This document shows, piece after piece, positions 1 through 12,668 of a stretch of 64,000 nucleotides of DNA (position 1 is its first letter; every line of letters begins with the position of its first letter). The notes beneath the pieces are model-generated. The model did not search any database, was not told where the DNA came from, and saw only the letters and a program-made list of their open reading frames with translations. The position numbers and the translations under genes were made by a program. The stretch is from Setoptus koraiensis (taxonomy: Eukaryota; Animalia; Arthropoda). The stretch is taken from contig CM106586.1 in the NCBI GenBank assembly GCA_048013815.1, positions 9,176,001 through 9,240,000 on the forward strand, given 5' to 3'.

Positions 1-234
1 CAACAAAACAAATCAATTTTGACCTAGTCAGACCTCTTCAGGTTGAATTTAAAATTTAAGATTTAGCTGCTGAAGTCTCCCTACGTTCCAATAATAAACT
101 GGCGGTGTATTCTGCAGACGTTTTTATTTTAAGTAACGCATATAGAGAAAACATGTGGGTTAAAGGATTACTGTTACATAATAACAATACAAGAAAAAGT
201 ATAACAAATGTAGTATAATGCCAGTGTAGCAAAG

Positions 235-2697
235 TTAGCTGTGATGATCGTTGAGGCTAGAAGTGGTAGGAATCCTGGAATGATATATAATACAAAACAT
301 AATGGCTGCCATTGTGATGGCCACCAACTGTACAAACACAGAGGCCGCGCTAAATCCGGCCGCCATACCTGCTCGAATATCGAATAGTTCTCTGAAGGCT
401 CGGCCACAGCCCTGGGTCGGATACAATGAGCAATGATTGCGATTGAGAACATATAGCAATGGAATAATTTAAAGTTTAGTTACAACTCTTGTTAGATTAA
501 ATATTATTCTGCGTACATTGTGAGAGATAATGACTGCCGACAGACAATGATCAACTTACCGGCGCGTTGACGTAGTTTCTATTAACGGCATAACAGCTAA
601 TAGGCGGATTCATGCCGAGGTTTGCGTAATCTAGGAATGAGGAGGCGCCGCAACACTTCATCTGAGATGGGCGAGATGAGAAAAGCAATGAATATTAATG
701 ATGTTGCTTGACTTGATGGATCATGAGCAGCAACAGGTGCCGCGTCATAATGCCGACAGACATAGTGAGAGGCTGGGGGTGGTGGGGCGAATTTAGACTC
801 TCACCTTGATTTGTATAAAATCTAGAAATTGCGCCGATCTGTCGCTTCTTGTTTTGTTTTGTATTTGCTGATAAACCTCCTTGGTGGCGAACCGTTCCAA
901 CGAATCGCCCAGTCCGTACACGGTCACTAAAACGAGCGAGCCCATGAGCAGCAGAGTTATTATTGCCACCATTACAAAATAGTAGATAAGGTGGCCAGGT
1001 TTGCTCTTTGAGGCCGCTCTAAAGCCGATCAGAGCCGTGATGGCAACCACGAAACCGGCAAACAACATTATGTAGCCGGCACTGGTGTAATTGTTGGTCT
1101 GGATGTATTTGTGCAATTCGTACACTTTTGGATCTATCCTGAACCAGAGGCCCATGCCAAAATTGGCCACGCCAAACAGTAGAACAAGAAAGTTGAATAC
1201 AAAGAATATCACTTTAAATCTGTGTAAATAACGCATACTAGGCGCCAATTCGCATGCCAATCCGCAACACCGGCACACATAAACAGGCTCGGGATCTTGG
1301 TCATCTTGCAGATCTAGATCATCCGATTCGCTTTTGGCCAGCATACTTTGCGTGGGCGGCGGATAACTGGCCAGATTATTGTTATTGTTAGTGGTTATTA
1401 CTGTGGGATAATACTTGCTGTTGGCATTGCCGTTGCCGTTGCTATTGTTGTTGTCTATGTTGTTGTTGTAGTTGTTGTTGTTGTTGTTTCGCTTGTAACG
1501 TCTCGATTGCGACTCGTTGCTACTGCCATTGATTGATTGCTGTTCGTCGACGACAGGTGCACGATATTTGTATTGCGATTGCGTGTGTAACACTGGCGAT
1601 TGTCTTGTTATCATGGGTTTAGCGTTTATTTCGCGATGTCTTGGCGTCGGCGACGACAGAACGTGCGGCGATCTGGCGCGCTTGTCCATGTCTATGGGAT
1701 ATATCATGTGGTCATGTTGGTCAACGTCGTCATTAAAGCTCCTTCGACGACTGTATGCTGAGTGCTCGTTTGTTGCTGCGTCTTGGTATCGTTGCTGATA
1801 TGCGACACTGTCGCTGTTGATTTGGTTGTTGTTGTTGCTGTCGTTGTGTTTGTCTTTGTGCTCGTCGTCGTCGTCGTCGTCTAAGTTCCACGATATTCGA
1901 GACGGGCTTCTCTTGATGACAACAGTGTCATTGCATGTATTGTCGCTGTCGTTTGATTGATTTGACGGCCCGAACCATTTGTTGGCGGTGTCCGCCTGGG
2001 CACGGGCTTGCTTGTTTTCAATAAATACGGCGGCACGTTGTTGTTGAAGGTGGTGACGATGTTTTATCGGATCTTCAATGTTGCTGGCCTCAATTGTTGT
2101 CAGTGTGACTGGCTCTTGATCTGCCAAATGACGCTGTGACGTGTCTGCATGACGATATTGTCGCATTGTGGCATCATTGTTGCTGTTACAGGCGACAGTT
2201 ACAGGTGCCGACACTTTGGCCAACAATTGCTCAGATTCGGCTGTGTCACGTAGATGATTTGCAGTAGTGTTTGCGTTGTACCATTCATTGTTGTTTGTTT
2301 CCTGTTCCACATGCTGCTGTTGTTGCTGTTGCTGCTGTTGTTGTTGTTCTTTGTGACGTTCGTTATGATGTTGCTGTTTGTTGTTCTTCAGAATGGATCG
2401 CTTAGACGACGACGACGACGATCGCCAATAGAAGGTCTCTTTTCGTTTTGTTGTTTTGTTTGTCGCTGCAAAATCAACAATGGCTGCTGCTCTGTTGTTT
2501 GTTTCAATGTTTCTACTATCATAATCGTCATAGTCGTCAAGTGTCGACTCTCTGTGTCTAGCTGGCTGGCCCACTAAACCAACAAGCGGTTGAGCGCCCG
2601 ATGCCAGCAACCTGTCGCGCAGTTGTTTACTGTCACCTGTTGTTGTCGATGTTGTTGTTGTTGATGCTGCTGCTGCTGCTGTTCTGTTATTATTCAT
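235..2697 (-). CDS. Tetraspanin with long Q/N/D-rich N-terminal extension; join(complement 2697..805, 661..560, 411..235), ~723 aa
   Basis: Three hydrophobic TMs at the end of ORF 793..2697 (FKVIFFVFNFLVLLFG..., SAGYIMLFAGFVVAITALIGF, LIYYFVMVAIITLLLMG). Donor AAG|GTGAGA at 804. Exon 2 encodes MKCCGASSF...SCY...NAP with the tetraspanin CCG motif. Exon 3 encodes GCGRAF... and TM4 (AASVFVQLVAITMAAIMFCII). All junctions are phase 0 and in frame. Confidence 0.92.
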
Positions 2698-4711
2698 TGT
2701 TAGTTGTCACACTAACTAACTAGAAAATGTCTCACTATTACAACCCGTTGCAAATGAGTGATTGTTTTTGTCGCCACTTGCACAGGCTCACATTTGTTTA
2801 TTGATGTTGCGCAATATATCTGTCTAATTGTCTCTGTTGCTCTCAAACGGACATATATTTGTATTTGTTGTGTGTGGTTTCTATTTCAATCGACGATGAA
2901 TATCATATCATGTTGACTGTGATGGTGGCCCGCTGGCGCCAGAGTTGACATTATGCAATTAAACATATAAATTATTCAGATTAGGCTCGCATGGAATGCA
3001 TGCCATCTATTCAGGCAAGGCTGCACTGGCGCTCATTAATTGGGAATAACTTTAGTATAACTTTGAATAATGCAACAACAATAATAGCGTGTTGTTACTG
3101 TTGTTGGACTTGCTGTTGTGGTTGGGCTTGTTGTTGTGGTAGTGGTGCTGGTGGTGCTGGTGGTAGCGGCGGTGGCGGCGGTGGTTGTGCTCGTTGTTGC
3201 GGGCGGCAGTGCAGTTGTTGATTGGCAGTTATTCTAATATCGTTTTATTAATAGTTGCGGCTCGTTTATATTTTGCAACCGCCACAACAACATAATTGTT
3301 AGCAATGTGCCAGCAACAGGTAACCTTATTCTTTGACTAGCTGTCGCTCATGTGTGAGCCATTGTGGGCCGTCCAATCAGTCAGTGCTGGCTGCACTTGG
3401 TGGCTGGCGAGCTAACAAAGTTTAAGTGCTAACAAACAACACACACACAATTCAATCATCGTTTGTTGTGCAACGACCACCATCACTGCTAATAACGAAT
3501 CCTCTCCAACTCTCTGATGATGAGTCATTTCAAACAAATAAATAAATGCACTTGTTTGCCATGGGGGCAGCAACTTTTCTCTCAAACTTCCGTTACATTA
3601 TGCCTATGAGTGGCTAGCCAAGCGGCACACAGGCAATCAATTATCCGCTTGAATCAATCATGTTGTAAAAAGTCGAGATGAAGCACACACACACATACAC
3701 AAACAAACACATTAATCGGTGTGATTCCGATGGATTCATGTGTAGAGCATTATTATTATGCATTAGCATTCTAATTGTTGTTGCTATTTTTTGTTCACTT
3801 ACACAACAACGACAACAACGCTCGTCGCAGTGATTCATCTCTCATGTATGCGAGCTCACTGTTTAAAACTGTTCTGTTTTGTTCTCCTCTCTTATGTCAG
3901 ACTTTGCTTATTATGCTGGCTGCCTGTATAGACGCCATATACCGCATTGCATGACGGTAGCATACGTCACCCACTCAAACGGTTGTCTTGCCAAAGTGCT
4001 GCCAGTTCATTTATAGAAAGAGGGCGCCACTCGACGCCTTGAATCAGGTCGTGGTGGCCAGGCAAAACGGCATGCCTAGACGGTCAAATCGAATCGATTG
4101 ACAATTGTTTCAAAACTTTTCATTCATTCATCAGCTATTTCCAATGAGCCGACCGTTATCTCGATGTGCAACTCGTTATCCGGGGGAGGAGACAACAACA
4201 GTAAAGCGACGAATGATGTTGTTAGCAATCTGGCATGCGGGAAAAAGGTAAAACTTGGATTTATTCACATTGTGAAGGGCACCATTGAGAGGCAGCGTAA
4301 AAGATAAAGAAAGCTGACGATAGCCAGCTCGATATAACTATTATAATGAAGCAAATCAACTATAAATTATTGGGTCAAAACAGCCATAATCCTCCATGGT
4401 GACATTGTCGCCAAAATTGGGCCTCCAAGACAAATTTCTTCTCTCTGGCCTGAACACATTTGCGCCCGGAGTGGACCATGCAACTATCAAATTTATTAAA
4501 CTGACTGATGCCAGGGAAGGTAGCGTTAAATTCATTGGCTACATGTCGCTAACTGAGGAAACAACTTCCGATTTTGTATGATTTGTTCTGATAAAATAGG
4601 AGAATTGTTTTCAGACGATGAAGTGGGGGATGAGTCGTGATTTATATATTTTTTCTTTAATTTGAACACATCATAAACAATACTATCCTCTATTAGACTG
4701 TTGTTAATATT

Positions 4712-5542
4712 TTAGAATTCTTTCTTTTTTCTTTGACAAGAACACGAAGATCTCAGACGTTGTATTTCTTTACATGCCTCCTCGAGCCTATTATGCAAAT
4801 CAGCATTTTGTTCCTGGAGTTGCATTATAGTCTCTGTTTTTCTTCTGCGACATTTAGAAGCGGCCAATCTGTTTCTTTCGCGCTTTCGTTCAACTTTCAT
4901 TCTATCTTGATCGGACATGTCTATTGGACTGTAGGAATCTCTTACTGATGATGCGTTTGAATTTTGACTTGTTGTAGAGGATCGACTAGATACACGTCGC
5001 GCCTTAGTTGGTGTTACATGTAGAGAACTTTTTTCTTGTGGCTTGTAGTTATTCTTGAAGGTATACTTAGTATCATCAATCTCAAAGTCGTATCTATCAT
5101 TGCTAATTGCATATAAATTTGCGGGTAAGAGACCAACTTTTGTGAAATCATTCCTTTTATTTCCTGAATCTTCGTTGATGGATTTACCTTTTGAGTTAAG
5201 TTGCAATAAATCGTCTTCGACTAGTGTTCCCAGAATTGAATTATGTTTTGTTTCACCACCATGAATTGCGGTAGGAGGGTTGTTTGTTACGTTTGATAAC
5301 GAACAGTGATTGGACATGTTTAGGTCAGAAGTTTCTTGATCTAGACTTTTGTTTACGGATGGATTAATATTGGATGGCGTTGATAACGGCGTTGTCGAGG
5401 ATAAGATATCTTTGATAGGCCCGAACAGGGGTGTGTGCAACGATTGAAAAGACTGTCTCTCGCCATCAGGAGTTTGTTGCGGTAACACTGATGATATCAA
5501 CGATGAGGTCAATCCTATTAGCTCATCGTTGCTATCTATCAT
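4712..5542 (-). CDS. Jun/AP-1-family bZIP transcription factor; first in-frame ATG at 5542, frame open to 5656
   Basis: SPIDMSDQDRMKVERKRERNRLAASKCRRRK closely matches the Jun basic region ([31 protein letters not shown]) and is followed by leucine heptads. The true start is uncertain. Confidence 0.85.
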   Translation of the reverse strand: MIDSNDELIGLTSSLISSVLPQQTPDGERQSFQSLHTPLFGPIKDILSSTTPLSTPSNINPSVNKSLDQETSDLNMSNHCSLSNVTNNPPTAIHGGETKHNSILGTLVEDDLLQLNSKGKSINEDSGNKRNDFTKVGLLPANLYAISNDRYDFEIDDTKYTFKNNYKPQEKSSLHVTPTKARRVSSRSSTTSQNSNASSVRDSYSPIDMSDQDRMKVERKRERNRLAASKCRRRKTETIMQLQEQNADLHNRLEEACKEIQRLRSSCSCQRKKKEF

Positions 5543-6112
5543 CTGCCTCTTCTCTCTGCCAACAGGTCCACCTCCCTTTGGGGGTTCCCAGGCTTCATTC
5601 ACAACCTTCCCATCCGTACAAACCTCCGACACAATCCAATACAGAAAGAGTAACAAAGTAATGAGAGTATAGCCAGTAAAGTCACTTGCACATGTGCATA
5701 AACTTGAAAGACAGCAATATTATCGCAGTAGCTGATAAACAGCATCAATTTCTTCTTTGATGCTTTTTACATAAATAACCCATCACTAAAGTAGTTATAA
5801 CAACAATTGACAACAACTCTCGCCTCTTTCTCCGACTGCCAGCCTTGCTCTGGTGACGCTGACCTTCAAGTTGTTTGCATGATAGTAAGAGAGTTACTTT
5901 CTGATAATGTTGGTGTTGTTGTTGCCGTTATACATGACTTGCGTAAAATGCATTGTACGCTTGTTGTTGTCGAAACACGGTTATAATAAATATAATAATA
6001 ATATAGTGAAAAATCAATTTGCATCTTCGAAGATAATTCGTGCCTGATATATAATTTGTCGTGTTGTTGTCGGTGTTGATCCTACACAACCCGTTAATCA
6101 TAACGAATCAAT

Positions 6113-6373
6113 TCACTGCGGCTGACGTCTCTTTACTGCCGGTTGCCACTTTAGAGGGTGCCTTCTGTAAATCGGCCACGCCGGTAGACAAAGTAAACAG
6201 GCCAGGGTGACCCCAATCGCGTGACACATTATTGCCATGGAGAAGCGCTGAGATAGATAGGCCCATAGTGTTCCAATCAAGACGAATACTATAATTATGC
6301 CCTGAGACCATTGTTCGGCGTTATATTGGCCCCTGTAGTCCATGTGGGTTTGAATGTTTGGCAACCAGCGCAT
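6113..6373 (-). CDS. SPCS1: Signal peptidase complex subunit 1 (SPC12), 86 aa, intronless
   Basis: THMDYRGQ..AEQ..QGII, two TM segments and the diagnostic LPAWPIYRRHPLKW. The ORF-track start at 6397 is TTG; the ATG is at 6373. Confidence 0.93.
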   Translation of the reverse strand: MRWLPNIQTHMDYRGQYNAEQWSQGIIIVFVLIGTLWAYLSQRFSMAIMCHAIGVTLACLLCLPAWPIYRRHPLKWQPAVKRRQPQ

Positions 6374-6883
6374 CTCGCCCAAGTCCAATAATGTCAATAG
6401 GGTATCGAATAAATTTATACTGATAACAATTATTGATTGATATATTATTAATTAATAACTATATTAATGGTGATAAGTGTGTCTCTTGTTTTCACATACA
6501 ATCCATCAATATGCGAACCGTTATCTCGAGTGCAAATGTGTCTGACGCGTTGCCAAATATTTACAATACCATATGGTGGCCATTCATACAAGTAGAAACG
6601 TGCTTTTGCTTGTTTATCCAATGCACAAATTACTGCACCCATGCCCTTCATCCTACAGCAATGGGAACGCGCTAATTTAGAAAAATTACAACATTATCAG
6701 TGAGCGTCATGTATGAAACTTTGTCAGCGACAAAAATTCATTCACTAACCGCCTCACATGGGCTAAACAGAATCATGCAAATTTGTTAGTTGTTCATAGT
6801 TGAAAATAATAATAAATAGTTCAGTTCTGGCCAGTGGGCTGTTGCCAAGTTGTGGATGAGATTTCAAACCGGTGTTACAGTCA

Positions 6884-8068
6884 TCAATAGTTGAATCGTC
6901 TACCGAATTTATCTGTAAAACCCTCAAAAATTTCTTCTAGAGAGTCCTTTAGAAAGCGTCGATACGCCGAACTTGACTCGTCCATCTTGTTGCGTTTCAC
7001 TAGATAATAGTCTCTCTTGCTGAGTCGTCTTCCTGCTTTTAGCAATGCATTCAGCATGCAAATTCTGTCGTTGCACCATTCATCCGATTCGTCGTCGAAA
7101 TGATACTCGACATCTTCGTTGTACTGATCGACCCACTTCATCCTCCAATCCACATCCATTTTAATTCGCTGTGGCCTTGGCCAATCGTCTGGCAATGGAG
7201 ACGCCAGCCATGGATCTGTTTGGAGGTTGCCTCTAAGAACGAGCTCTTCCAGGTCCTTGCACGCCATCATCATGTCAGACACAATAGTAATCCAATTATC
7301 TCCCACAGAGTATAGCAATCGTTTCAAATTTTTACGAGCCAGGACCAAAGGTAACCATTCATCATCAGCGCCTAGTTCTAAATGGGACACACAGGTGAAT
7401 TCATTTTAATAGTTAAGATCAACCTGACCAGTCGATACAATAAATTTGAAATTTACTTACTTTTAGGCACATGGTTCAATGTAGGGAAAATATTCTTCTC
7501 GTATGTTGAGATACTCAAGAGCAAATGTCTTGGGAATTGGGGCCAGAAACTGTTCTGTGTTGTCGCGGGCACTCAGATACAACAATCGGTAGTGAGCAAC
7601 GTTCAGCATCATACTCAATTCCCATCTGTCGCCTAAGAATTTCACAGAGTCAATAGTGAGTGATGTAATTTTGTCACAAATAGTCACAATTCTAGTCAAT
7701 TGTCCGGGTCCAATAGACATTTTACTCAAATTCAAAGTTGTCAGCATGGCACAGTTGTCGGCGATGATTCCATGAGTGCCAGGTTTAATGCGATCAATAA
7801 CATTGACAAGATTGAGGCATCTCAATTGGGGCACTCTCTTCAACAGCCTTTCTAACACCTCTATGTCCGGTTGTCGTTGGAATTTTTGGCTGGTTTCGAT
7901 GTGTTTTAATCGGAATAAATGTTCGGCTACGATGCTATTGAGCGCCTTCGATACCATGGCCAGACGGCCCAGATCAACGATATCGGGTACATGGTCCATA
8001 ATACGAAGCCAGAGTTCGGCCGGCAAACAACTGTAAGATCTGTTTTCTTCCTCTTTGCTTTTCTCCAT
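6884..8068 (-). pseudogene. F-box/LRR paralog 1; exons 8068..7461 and 7377..6884; +1 frameshift and stop before the donor (probable pseudogene, or sequence error)
   Basis: F-box LPAELWLRIMDHVPDIVDLGRLAMVSKALN plus LRRs. Same 83-nt intron (7460..7378) as paralogs 2 and 3, but exon 1 is 608 nt rather than 607 and ends ...GCC TAA AA|GTAAGT. Confidence 0.65.
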
Positions 8069-8460
8069 GGTTTCCTTTTCTTGCACTTTTCTTCCGTGTC
8101 GACGTTATTATCAAATTCAATCATATTCAAATTATATTCCTAGACGCTAAATGTCGAGCAAATGTATAAATAAATGTGATACTGACATACAAACAACGAT
8201 GGATTTATAACGACGCGTGAGACATTATAATCTCAATAATCGTAGCTTTATCGCACCACGGAAACTTTTCAAATTTCATTGCAGGGGAATTCCATGGTTT
8301 GCGTGGGTTCGAAAGACGTGATGAACTTGCTTCGTTTGAGGCAGAAATGACAGTTTCAATTAGATGGAGAGAGCACAGGATAGGACATGTGACCAGTCAC
8401 GATGAGACAGCCACTCTTTATTGTAACTGACTAATGACTTGTGAGAAGATTGAAATTGAT

Positions 8461-8790
8461 ATCATGACAGGACAATTTAAACCTTATGAATTCGTCCATT
8501 CATGAATATCGTTGGACATTCATGAACCAATGGCTTCCGTCGTAATGACAACAATTTCTCCTGCCTCTTTCACAAGTAGCCTCGCAAAATTGCATCTAGC
8601 AATGGGATGGGCCAGAGAAACCGGATGTTGGCCGGCCAGTATAAGTTGTGTAATTTACAATTCAGCTTGTAGTGTCAATGAGTTGAGTTTAATAGCGATT
8701 TTATTGTGCTTCGGTGACAGCTGAAAAAATTGAAAAGATTCATTTAATGAAATGAAATCAAGATTGCAAAATGTCGCATAATAAAGTGAT
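8461..8790. repeat. Repeated non-coding ~300-bp module; copies at ~12117..12445 and ~22111..22385, partial at ~26098..26150
   Basis: Shared ATCATGAC.G..CAATT...ATGAATTC...TTCATGAA...AGAAACCGGA...GTGTCA.TGAGTTGAGT...GACAGCTGAA..GATTGAAAAGATT. No ORF is conserved across copies. Confidence 0.7.
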
Positions 8791-9013
8791 AATTGACATT
8801 TTCTGTTGGCGATCGCGCGTATCACCCACCTAATTTTCTCTGTTTGCCTGGGGCATTGCTCAGCCCAATCAAGTGAGAATTACTGCCCTCGTTGCGGTTT
8901 AGACTGGTTCGATTGCACGAAAATTTATTGCGTAGCTAGGCGCCGCCACTTATAGATTGGTCGGCTTTATCAGCATCTTGCGTTGCTCAAAATTAGCCGC
9001 ACTTCCGGTCGTC

Positions 9014-10230
9014 TTAGTGGCCTCTGCATTCCGGCTCACAGTCCTCACAGTCCGCGTAATATCGTCGGCCTAATCGATCTGTAATACCCTCAAAAATATA
9101 ATCTGGCGACTCGAGAAAGCGTTGATACTCATCACTTGACTCGTCCATCTTGTGGCGTTTCACTAAATAATAGTCTCTCTTGCTGAGCCGTCTTCCTGCT
9201 CTTAGCAATGCATTCAGCATGCAAATTCTTGCGTTGCACCATTCATCCGATTCGTCGTCGAAATGAAACTCGACATTTTCGTTGTACTGATCGACCCACT
9301 TCATCCTCCAATCCACATCCATTTTAATTCGCTGTGGTCTTGGCGAATCGTCTGGCAATGGAGACCCCAGCCATGGATCTGTCTGGAGGTTTCCTCTGAG
9401 AACGAGCTCTTCCAGGTCCTTGCACGCGCTCATCATTTCAGGCACATTATCTATCCAACAATCCCCCATAGAGTAAAGCAATCGTTTCAAATTTTTACTA
9501 GACAGGACCAAAGGTAACCATTCATTATTGGTGCCTTCACCTAAATGCGACACAGAGGTAAATTCGTTTTAATGGTTTAGATCAACCTGACCAGTCTATA
9601 CAATCATTTTAAAATGTACTCACGTCTAAACATCCCATAGGAATAATATACTTGTCGTATGTCGAGATACTCAAAAGCAAAAGTCTTGTCTCTGAGAATT
9701 GGGGCCAGAAACTGTTTTGTGTTGTCGCGGGCACTCAGATACAACAATCGGTCGTGAGCAGCGTTCAACATCATACTCAATTCCCATCTGTCGCCTAAGA
9801 ATTTCACAGAGTCAATAGTGAGTGATGTAATTTTGTCACAAATAGTCACAATTTTAGTCAATTGTCCGGGTCCAATAGACATTTTACTCAAATTCAGAGT
9901 GGTCAGCATGGCACAGTTGTCGGTAATGATTCCATGAGTGCCAGGTTTAATGCGATCAATAACATTGACAAGATTGAGGCATCTCAATTGGGGCACTCTC
10001 CTCAATAGCCTTTCTAACATCTCTATGTCCGGTTGTCGTTGGAATTTTTGGCTGGTTTCCATGTGTTTTAATCGGAATAAATGTTCGGCTGCGATGCTAT
10101 TGAGCGCCTTCGATACCATGGCCAGACGGCCCAGATCAACGATATCGGGTACATGGTCCATAATACGAAGCCAGAGTTCGGCCGGCAAACAACTGTAAGA
10201 TCTGTTTTCTTCCTCTTTGCTTTTCTCCAT
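9014..10230 (-). CDS. F-box/LRR paralog 2; join(complement 10230..9624, 9540..9014), 377 aa
   Basis: F-box motif and LRR units (LRCLNL, LTTLNLS, ITSLTID, LLYLSAR, LEELVLRG). An 83-nt phase-1 intron GTGAGT...TTTAG joins ORFs 9604..10248 and 9014..9553 in frame (MFR-R-EGTNNEW). Confidence 0.88.
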
Positions 10231-10870
10231 GGTTTTCTTTTCTTGCACTTTTCTTCCGTGTCGACGTTATTACCAAATTCAATCATATTCAAATTATATT
10301 CCTAGACGCTAAATGTCGAGCAAATGTATAAATAAATGTGCTAATGACATACAAACAACGATGGATTTATAACGACGCGTGAGACATTATTATAATCTCA
10401 ATGATCACAGTTTTATCGCACCACGGCAACTTTTCAAATTTCATTGCAGGGGAATTCCATGGTAGAGCTCGAAAGACGTGATCAATTTGCTTCGTTTCAG
10501 GCACAAATGATAGTTTTATTCAGATAGAGAGACGGGCCGGATAAGATGTGAATGAGTTACAAGTTACGCATATACACACCACGGATTTGTTATCACTGAT
10601 TGGCATTATCGACGGCAAATGTAAAACGACACGAGTAAAAATGGAAATCGCTCCTGATAAATCAATGCTAATTTGATTTTTGGCAAACGAGTCAACATCA
10701 CATCTCGAATAGTGAATTGTTTGAAATTGTTTAGGACAACAGATGTAAAGTAGATTCAAATAGGATAGATGTTTTTTTTAAGTGTAGTCAGCGTTGCACT
10801 AATTAGATTTTAATATTTGTCAATCAAGATCAATCAAAAGAACATCAAAAGAATATTACTGAGTAGCGGC

Positions 10871-11916
10871 ATGAAGCTGTTTGATACTACTGTACCAACC
10901 GAAAAGGCCACTTTTGCATTGGTCAGTATTGTCTCAGATTTTTCGCTAATGAAACAATTACCAGAAAACAATAATTACTCACTATCTCTTAACTGTCTGT
11001 ATGTATAGGGTTGCTTCTGGGAAGTGGAGGCTATTTTCGGCGCGGTGAGGGGCGTCATCAGAGTGCGAAGTGGCTACACGGGAGGAAGTAAGCTCAATCC
11101 AACAGAGGATGATCTCGGCGATCACACGGAGGCAGTGGACATTGATTACAATCCGAAAGTAATCAAGTACAAGGTACTGCTGCTAACAATATCACTTATG
11201 ATCACGAGACAATCGCAATCCAACCGGATCACAACTGACAATTGACTTGTAAATTCACCATCTAATATTCAATATGTAACATTTTACTGATTTCAATTTA
11301 ATATCTGCAGAGGCTGCTGGATATGTTTTGGGCCAATCACGATCCGACACACTATTTCAAGCGACAATACATGTCGGCCATATATTATCACAATGACAGA
11401 CAGAGGATACTGGCCGAGAAAACTAGGCGCCGACAAGCGAAAATGATAGAGTATGCCAGCAAGGAAATCAAGACACAAATCGCGCCGGCGTGCACATTTT
11501 ACAATGCCGAAGATCATCATCAGAAGTATCGATTGCGTAACGTTTGTGCAGAATTATTCGACTCACTGCATTTGACAAGTGGACAACAGGTGATTGAGTC
11601 TCACGTTGCGGCTCGACTAAATAGCTGGATAGCCCAGTACGGTTGGCACGATTACTATTGGAATCCCGATTTGGGAAGGAAACAAAACCCATGTACCGCT
11701 CGGAGAAGTTCATGGACTAATATGAAATATCATGGTTTGAGCGACAGCCTGTCGGATGGGCGCCTGGTGGATCCCGTTGTTCCTAAGGGGTGCGAAAACA
11801 CTTGCCGGAATGGTTGGTGTAGACGAAAAAGTCGATTCATGCAAGAGCAATACCATGCCAAACGTTTCGGTCGAAGTCCGAGTTTTGATGGGTTCATTCG
11901 AGCCATAGTGTATTAA
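10871..11916 (+). CDS. MsrA: Peptide methionine sulfoxide reductase A paralog 1; join(10871..10921, 11009..11173, 11311..11916), 273 aa
   Basis: EKATFAL|GCFWE..., SGYTGG, GDHTEAV, NHDPT, RQYMSAIYYH, FYNAEDHHQKY. GT-AG introns of 87 and 137 nt, both phase 0. Confidence 0.92.
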
Positions 11917-12668
11917 AAAATATTTATATTCATTTATAACTTGTGTGATTGCTTATGTGACTAACATGTATTCAGTTTAGAGGTTATTTCATTTGCGACT
12001 CGAACTCAACCAGCCCAGGTGACTCACCACCAGACTATCTCACCTCGCTGTTCTCTCTCCAATTTGTCCCATCGTTACTTGAGATCCAAGTTTTGTGATT
12101 GTTATCAATGGTAACTTATCATGACGGTGCAATTCTAGCCCCCAGAATTCATCTATTCATGAATATCGCCGGATGAATCATGAATTCACGACTTCTGTGG
12201 TAAATAACAAACTGTGGTTTTTCCGGCTCCTTTCACAAGCAGCCTCTCTGATATGTCAGAGTTTCTCAGAAACCGGAAGTAAGCCCAGCAAGTTTAAAAT
12301 GTGCAATTTACTATTTAGCTTGTAGTGTCAATGAGTTGAGTTTAGTAACAATTTTATTGTGCTTTGGTGACAGCTGAAAAGATTGAAAAGATTCATTTAA
12401 TGAAATGAAATCAAGATTGCAAAATGTCGCATAATTAATTGATAATTGACATTTTCTGCTGGCGATCGCGTGTATCACCCACCTAATTTTCTCTGTTTGC
12501 CTGGGGCATTGCTCAGCTCAATCGAGTACTCAGTGGACAAGCTAGAGTTTGAGGATCACTGCCCTCGTTGCGGTTTAGACTGGTTCGATTGCACGAAAAT
12601 TCATTGCGTAGCTAGGCGCCGCCACTTATAGATTGGTCGGCCATATCGGCATCTTGCGTTGCTCAAAG

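Noticed and set aside
174-452. 92-aa hydrophobic ORF
   Set aside because: Alternative frame over the tetraspanin last exon; the 411..235 frame completes the protein.
3950-4620. Short ORFs on both strands (4098..4307, 4396..4581)
   Set aside because: No recognisable motif or consistent splice path; probably UTR or intergenic.
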